Below, piece after piece: positions 45,428-50,694 of a DNA stretch of 50,694 nt. The first letter of the stretch is position 1. Each line of letters begins with the position of its first letter. Where the stretch lies: the IMG/VR virus record IMGVR_UViG_3300045136_000360, positions 1 to 50,694 of that record; one strand, 5' to 3'. A model generated the notes under the pieces. It had not been told where the DNA came from, did no database searches, and worked only from the letters and a program-made list of their open reading frames with translations. The DNA comes from a virus (taxonomy: Duplodnaviria; Caudoviricetes). Both the position numbers and the translations under genes were made by a program.

Positions 45428-45736
45428 ATGGCGGCAGAGTATATCTGCGACTGCTGTGGGAGGCGAGCGCCGGGAGTGGCGATCGACCATCGGTTCCGTC
45501 CCCCATCGGACTGGTTCACTCGGAGTTTCACCCTGCCGAGCGGGCGGCACGTGATCCTGTGTGGGTGCTGTCAGGAGTGCATGGAGCAGATGGACCTGGT
45601 GGATGGGGAGAGGGGAACGGACCGGCTGGTGGCGCAGTGGCCGATCACATTCGGGGGAGAGCGGGACGGTGCGGACGGTGGAAACCTGGGTCGCCATCTC
45701 TGGCGGGGTGGTTGGGGGGGGGATGGCGCTGATTGA
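45428..45736 (+). CDS. zinc-binding hypothetical protein
   Basis: CDCCG...CGCCQEC. Confidence 0.5.
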   Translation: MAAEYICDCCGRRAPGVAIDHRFRPPSDWFTRSFTLPSGRHVILCGCCQECMEQMDLVDGERGTDRLVAQWPITFGGERDGADGGNLGRHLWRGGWGGDGAD

Positions 45737-45757
45737 GGCGCGACCGATCGCGTGTCG

Positions 45758-45816
45758 GGCGCTTGACAGATCAGCGATCAGGTGAGATACTACGGGTATG
45801 ACACGCTAGGGTGTCA
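45758..45816 (+). promoter_or_regulatory. promoter plus operator (partial copy of the 114-bp cassette)
   Basis: TTGACA(45763)-17 bp-GATACT; TGACAC-GCTAGG-GTGTCA at 45799. Confidence 0.8.
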
Positions 45817-45847
45817 CCGATTGGCGGGTGCGTGAAGGGAGGGGGCG

Positions 45848-46267
45848 ATGCCCTGCAACCTGGCGGTGTCGATCACGAAGGTGGCCCTGACGGGGCCGGC
45901 GGCGAGCCTGGTGACGCCGGAGGCGGTCAGGGCGCTGGTAGAGGCGCACCTGCTGGAGGCATTTGGGGTCACGAGCCAGGTGTATGTCAGCAACGGGTCG
46001 GTGTATGGGAGCGCGACCGTCCGGGGGGAGGGGGTGTCGATCGCGGTCTGTGGGGGCCAGGTGACGGTGCGGGCGGTGACGGCGGCGACCCGTGAGGCGA
46101 TCCTGGCGGGGCTGACGGGGCTGCTGGGGCAGGCGGGGGAGTTGGCCCTGGCCTCGGCGGTGGCGGAGGTGCTGGCCGAGTTCGGGGGGGACCTGGTGGC
46201 GGACCAGGTGGCCGTTGACGATGGTGGGACGGTGCGGCCGGCGCACCGGCTGACGCTGAACTTCTGA
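45848..46267 (+). CDS. hypothetical protein (possibly DUF1257-like)
   Basis: RBS after promoter; size and position next to DUF2997-like and AAA genes. Confidence 0.6.
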   Translation: MPCNLAVSITKVALTGPAASLVTPEAVRALVEAHLLEAFGVTSQVYVSNGSVYGSATVRGEGVSIAVCGGQVTVRAVTAATREAILAGLTGLLGQAGELALASAVAEVLAEFGGDLVADQVAVDDGGTVRPAHRLTLNF

Positions 46268-46278
46268 GGGGGTGCGCG

Positions 46279-46488
46279 ATGCGGGAGGTCGTGGCGCTGG
46301 TCTACGGGGGGACGGTCGAGGTGCACTGCAACGGGATGTCGTTCGGGGAGGCGGAGGCGCTGAGCCGGCTGTTCGCGGAGCGGCTGGGCCTGCGGGTGCC
46401 GATCACGATGACCCAGGAGCCGGAGCAGCACCGGGAGGATGGCCCCCGGCACGTGCACGTCGTGGGGGCGCACCGGCTGGGGCACTGA
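46279..46488 (+). CDS. DUF2997-like small protein
   Basis: GTVEVHCNG..FGEAEALSR..AERLG......EPEQH. Confidence 0.55.
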   Translation: MREVVALVYGGTVEVHCNGMSFGEAEALSRLFAERLGLRVPITMTQEPEQHREDGPRHVHVVGAHRLGH

Positions 46489-46517
46489 GGCGTCCCGAGC
46501 CGACCAGTCCGGGTGGG

Positions 46518-46562
46518 GGAGCCCGGCGGGCCGATGGACCGGCCTGCCGGGCTCCTGCTTTT
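46518..46562 (+). terminator. rho-independent terminator
   Basis: GGAGCCCGGCGGGCCG / CGGCCTGCCGGGCTCC stem then TGCTTTT. Confidence 0.7.
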
Positions 46563-46676
46563 CCTGGTGGCCCGCCACCAGGCGCTTGACAGATCAGCGA
46601 TCAGGTGAGATACTGGGCGCATGACACGCTAGAGTGTCAGTGATGCAATCACGAACGGGAGGGAGACGCGATGGGG
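46563..46676 (+). repeat. 114-bp expression cassette, copy A (hairpin, promoter, operator, RBS, ATG)
   Basis: Matches 48780..48893 with one mismatch (46633 A vs 48850 G). Confidence 0.93.
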
Positions 46677-48503
46677 GCAACGATCGCCAGTCCAACGATC
46701 GCCAGTCCGGCGTGGTATCAGGAGTTGAGCCAGGCGTACGGGTCGGGGGAGGCGCACGCCTTCATCCTGTCGGGGGACACCGCGGGGTACGTGGAGCAGA
46801 CCCGGACGCTGCGGGGGTACCTGGAGGAGGTGCTGAGCCGGCCGCGCAACGAGGCGCGCAGGGACGGCATCGAGAGCATTCTGGTCCGGTACGACCGGGC
46901 CTCGGGGGTGACGTTCGGGAGCCCGGAGCAGGAGCGGCGGGCGATCGCGCTCGTGACCGGGAAGGAGGCCGGGGCGAAGCCGGCCAGCCCGACCGCTGCC
47001 GCGCTGGGGGCGATCGGGGGGAGCCTGCCGGGGGCCGGCAATCCGTTCGCCAGCACCCAGCCCCTCGCCGCCCTGACGGCGATTGATAAGCTGGTGCGGG
47101 CCTCGGGCGGGGTGAATCAGGTGAGCGTGGTGATCGATGAGGCGCAGACGATCTGCCCGGCCGCCGACGTGGCGACGATGAGCGGGGAGGATCGGACGCT
47201 GCTGGTGCTGCTCAAGACGTGGGCGCGGGATGAGCGGGTGGCCCGGACCAAGGCGATCATCGTCCTGCTGGTGGGCGACCTGACCGAGCTCCACCCCGAC
47301 CTGCGGGCGGCCTCGGGCGGCTGGCGGTCGGTGCTGGTGCCCCTGCCCGATCAGGCGCGCCGGGAGGGGTTCATCGCCTGGTGGCTGGCCCAGCGGGCGG
47401 CGAAGGGTAGGGCGGTGGACCTGGACGGGCTGACGGTGGAGCAATTGGCCCGGGCGACGGCGGGGCTGAACCTGCGTGGCGTTGAGGACGTGCTGCTGCG
47501 GGGGGCGAAGGCGGGAGCGGTGACGGCCGGGATCGTGAAAGCGCGCAAGGATGAGATCATTCGGAGCGAGTACGCGGAAGTGGCGGAGATGCTGGAGCCG
47601 CTGCCGGGCGGGCTGGAGGACGTCGGGGGGCTGGATTTTGTGAAGGGGTGGCTGGCCCGGCGGCTGCTGGGTCCGATCGAGGCGGGGCGGACGGCGGACG
47701 TGCCGAAGGGGCTGCTGCTGGTGGGGCCTCCGGGCACCGGCAAGACGTACCTGGCCCGGGGGATCGCCGGGGCGACCAGGATGAACGCGATCCAGATCAG
47801 GATGGAGAAGGTGCAGGATAGCCTGGTGGGGGCCAGCGAGCGGAAGATGGCGCGAGTGCTGGGGTTCGCCCTGGCCCTGGCCCCGACGATTATTTTCGTG
47901 GACGAACTGGACCAGACCGATATCGGGACCCGTGGGGACACGTCGGGGAACCCCGTGGCGAAGAACCTGTTCAACCAACTGCTGACCTTCCTGGGGGATG
48001 AGGTGATCCGGGGGCGGGTGGTGCTGATCGCGGCCAGCAACCGGCCCGAGAAGTTGGACCCGGCGCTGTTGCGGTCGGGCCGGATGGACGCGATCCTGCC
48101 GGTGCTGCTGCCGGGGATGGCCGACCGGGCGGCCATCGCGGCGCGGCACCTGCTGAGCCGGGGGATGGACCTGAGCCGGTGTGCCACGGGGATGCTGGCC
48201 GCTGGGACCGAGCGGTACAGCTCGGCCGACGTGGCGGCCGTGGTGGGGGAGGCCGTGCTGCTGGCGCGGGACGAGGGCCGGGACTACATCAGCCCGGCCG
48301 ACGTGGAGGCGGCGCTGGCGGACGTGCTGCCGAGCGTCAGCCCGCAGCAGAACGACCAGTACACGCGGCTGGCGATCGCGGCCTGCAACCGGCGGAGCCT
48401 GCTGCCGCCGGAGTGGCGGGACCGGATGGAGGCGGCCCGCGAGACGGCCACGGCCGAGTCCGGCGGGGGCCGGTGGGAGTGGGCGGAGGAGCGGAGCCTG
48501 TGA
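46671..48503 (+). CDS. AAA+ ATPase (Ycf46/CDC48-like; degenerate first module)
   Basis: GLEDVGGL, GPPGTGKT, IIFVDELD, ASNRPEKLDPALLRSGRMD. Confidence 0.93.
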   Translation: MGATIASPTIASPAWYQELSQAYGSGEAHAFILSGDTAGYVEQTRTLRGYLEEVLSRPRNEARRDGIESILVRYDRASGVTFGSPEQERRAIALVTGKEAGAKPASPTAAALGAIGGSLPGAGNPFASTQPLAALTAIDKLVRASGGVNQVSVVIDEAQTICPAADVATMSGEDRTLLVLLKTWARDERVARTKAIIVLLVGDLTELHPDLRAASGGWRSVLVPLPDQARREGFIAWWLAQRAAKGRAVDLDGLTVEQLARATAGLNLRGVEDVLLRGAKAGAVTAGIVKARKDEIIRSEYAEVAEMLEPLPGGLEDVGGLDFVKGWLARRLLGPIEAGRTADVPKGLLLVGPPGTGKTYLARGIAGATRMNAIQIRMEKVQDSLVGASERKMARVLGFALALAPTIIFVDELDQTDIGTRGDTSGNPVAKNLFNQLLTFLGDEVIRGRVVLIAASNRPEKLDPALLRSGRMDAILPVLLPGMADRAAIAARHLLSRGMDLSRCATGMLAAGTERYSSADVAAVVGEAVLLARDEGRDYISPADVEAALADVLPSVSPQQNDQYTRLAIAACNRRSLLPPEWRDRMEAARETATAESGGGRWEWAEERSL

Positions 48504-48560
48504 CGGATGGGGGCGGCGGGGCGTTGCCCCGCCGCTTCGTATCAGCGAGGGAGGGGCGCG

Positions 48561-48776
48561 ATGGGCACGCGGTACGGGGAGTTCGAGTTCGAGTTGTTGC
48601 TGGAGGGTGGGGAGATCGTCACCTGGACGGGGACGGACGGGGTGGACGCCGCGCATCGGTACGCCGCCAGCCACCAGGGAGTGGCCGTGATCGCCTGGCG
48701 GGAGCCGGTACGCCGGTGGGGCGTGTACGTATGGGGCGGCGCCAGGATCATCGAGCCTGGTGATGACCGGCGCTAG
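48561..48776 (+). CDS. hypothetical protein
   Basis: GGAGG RBS. Confidence 0.6.
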   Translation: MGTRYGEFEFELLLEGGEIVTWTGTDGVDAAHRYAASHQGVAVIAWREPVRRWGVYVWGGARIIEPGDDRR

Positions 48777-48779
48777 CTC

Positions 48780-48893
48780 CCTGGTGGCCCGCCACCAGGC
48801 GCTTGACAGATCAGCGATCAGGTGAGATACTGGGCGCATGACACGCTAGGGTGTCAGTGATGCAATCACGAACGGGAGGGAGACGCGATGGGG
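48780..48893 (+). repeat. 114-bp expression cassette, copy B
   Basis: TTGACA 48803, GATACT 48826, operator 48839, ATG 48888. Confidence 0.93.
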
Positions 48894-49013
48894 CGCGTGC
48901 TGACCGAGGAGGAGGCGCGTGCCGCCTGGGGTCGGGAGGGGTTCCACCGGGTGGCCCCCTGGTGTGGCCTGGGGGACGTGGTGGCGGTTCGCGAGCAGCT
49001 ATTGGAGGGATAG
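48888..49013 (+). CDS. 41-aa hypothetical protein
   Basis: Uses the cassette RBS/ATG: MGRVLTEEEARAAWGREG... Confidence 0.55.
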   Translation: MGRVLTEEEARAAWGREGFHRVAPWCGLGDVVAVREQLLEG

Positions 49014-49017
49014 GACC

Positions 49018-50223
49018 GTGGCAACTGACGTGCAGGAGATGGTGACGGACGCGGGGGTGCGGTCGGTGGACGCTCGGGCGCTGATGCAGGACGGCGTGGT
49101 GGCGCGGGTGCGGATTCAGCGCTGGCGGCCCTATGCCGGACTGGATGAGGCCGACCTGGGCCTGCCGGCGATGGACGACGAGGAGAAGCGGCGGGTGCGC
49201 CGGGTGATCGACCTGGGGCGGAAGCTGCTGGTCACGCCCGAGTGGGAGCGCCGGGTGCACAAGGATGAGGAGGCGATCCGGGGCGTGCTGGAGCGCAACA
49301 GCTTCAACATCGGGGGGGCGCGGTTCATTCCGGCGCGGTCGTACCTGCGCTGGAAGGCCGAGCACGCGGCGGCCGTGCAGCGGCTGCTGGAGACCAGGGA
49401 CGCGATGGTGGCCGCCTGGGATGAGATCGGGGAGACGTTGCGGGCTGAGTTCGCTCGGGCGGCCGACGTTGCCTATCGCAATGCCTCGGCGGTGAGCGGC
49501 GAGGTTGCCGCGATGGGGCCGGTCGCCTTCCGGGAGGAGTACGTGGGGCGGGTGATGGCCCTGCGGCCCGGCCCGGAGGCGGTGGCGCAGTCGTTCTCGG
49601 TGACGGTGGAACTGGACTACCTGGACTCCAGCGCGGCCCCGGCGGGTCCGGTGGCCGAGCAGCCTGGGACGGCTCGGGAGATGATGGCCGCCGACGTGGC
49701 CGCCGACGTGGCGAGACGGCGGGAGGCGCTGGCCGAGGGGTTCCTGCGGGACGTGCTGGCGCAGATCGGGGAGATGGTCTACCAGGCGGCCGGGGATGTG
49801 CTGGGCAGCCTGGCCCGCAACGGCCGGCTGACCGGGAGCAGCGCCCGTCAGCTCGAGAACCTGGCGCGGCAGGAGCCATTGCTGACCTTCGCCGACGACC
49901 CGGAGATGGCAGCGATCGTCGGGCAGGTGAAGCGGATCGTGGACACGCCGGCCGAGGCGCGGGAGGCGGGGGAGATCGCCAGGGTGCTGCGGGCGGTGGC
50001 GGTGCTGGCCCGGCGGCAACTGATCGACCTGGGCCGGGACGTGGACAGCCTGCGGGAGTTGGGCGTGCCCGACCGGCCAAGCGAGGCCGCGGTGCGGGAG
50101 GCGCGGGACCTGCTGCTGCCGGCCTCGGCGCAGATGACGCTCGACCAGGCGGAGATGGGCGAGCTCGACCCCGGCGCGATCGTGGCTCCCGATCTGGAGC
50201 AGGAGGATCGGGACCTGGGGTGA
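49018..50223 (+). CDS. DUF3150-like helical protein
   Basis: LG...LGRKLL.P......R..L.R.S....G.RFIP pattern; GGAGG RBS; near the AAA ATPase. Confidence 0.6.
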   Translation: MATDVQEMVTDAGVRSVDARALMQDGVVARVRIQRWRPYAGLDEADLGLPAMDDEEKRRVRRVIDLGRKLLVTPEWERRVHKDEEAIRGVLERNSFNIGGARFIPARSYLRWKAEHAAAVQRLLETRDAMVAAWDEIGETLRAEFARAADVAYRNASAVSGEVAAMGPVAFREEYVGRVMALRPGPEAVAQSFSVTVELDYLDSSAAPAGPVAEQPGTAREMMAADVAADVARRREALAEGFLRDVLAQIGEMVYQAAGDVLGSLARNGRLTGSSARQLENLARQEPLLTFADDPEMAAIVGQVKRIVDTPAEAREAGEIARVLRAVAVLARRQLIDLGRDVDSLRELGVPDRPSEAAVREARDLLLPASAQMTLDQAEMGELDPGAIVAPDLEQEDRDLG

Positions 50224-50268
50224 GCCGTTGGGAGAACAGGCGGTGCGGCCCCGGAGCGCGATCGGCGC

Positions 50269-50668
50269 GTCGCACCCGGCCGCGGGGTCGGGTGAGGATT
50301 GAAACCGGTGGAGGGGGTGGCGTGCGCCAGTGCAGGGACGTCGCACCCGGCCGCGGGGTCGGGTGAGGATTGAAACGCCAGCCCGCGGATGGCTGCCTCC
50401 CCGAGCTTGAGTCGCACCCGGCCGCGGGGTCGGGTGAGGATTGAAACAAACCCTGAGATCGCGTCATTGATGCCTTTGCCGCCGACTGTCGCACCCGGCC
50501 GCGGGGTCGGGTGAGGATTGAAACGGCCTTGATACCCCGGATGGCGGTATCGAAGCCCGTCGCACCCGGCCGCGGGGTCGGGTGAGGATTGAAACGGCGG
50601 CGAACTGGGTGCCGTAGCCGAGCGCCGCCAGGTCGCACCCGGCCGCGGGGTCGGGTGAGGATTGAAAC
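50269..50668 (+). CRISPR. CRISPR array, 6 identical 37-bp repeats and 5 full spacers (34-40 bp), truncated by the window edge
   Basis: GTCGCACCCGGCCGCGGGGTCGGGTGAGGATTGAAAC at 50269, 50340, 50411, 50488, 50559, 50632. Confidence 0.98.
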
Positions 50669-50694
50669 CAGACCCGCCGGCGCGCCCGCGGCCC

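Noticed and set aside
494-50268. cas genes, integrase, queC, tRNA or rRNA
   Set aside because: No recognisable motifs found by eye; absence needs HMM and tRNAscan confirmation, and the phage appears incomplete.
1-50694. Terminal inverted repeats of a linear replicon or transposon
   Set aside because: Only the CRISPR repeats and one spacer are shared between the ends; the other spacers differ.

Overview
This window is mostly a high-GC tailed (siphovirus-like) phage or prophage genome (~494-50268), with nearly all genes on the + strand. The gene order is: replication initiator with internal iterons, ECF sigma factor, endolysin, a 7-deazaguanine DNA-modification cluster (dpdA, DpdL-like T-fold protein, queD, queE, folE; no queC), terminases, head, tail, holin-like genes, and a promoter-rich accessory region with an AAA-ATPase module. 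Three head genes (portal, MuF, prohead protease) each carry fused enzyme-like domains. An 18-bp palindromic operator recurs across the genome. Identical 37-bp CRISPR repeats form inverted arrays at both ends and one solitary copy at 4135. Two spacers match this phage exactly (tape measure, terminase). All three repeat-phage junctions appear to cut coding sequence without a leader, so an assembly chimera between the phage and its host's arrays is at least as likely as real linkage. No cas genes, integrase or tRNAs were recognised. A Chloroflexota host is suggested by inference only. All family assignments come from motif recognition by eye, not database searches.
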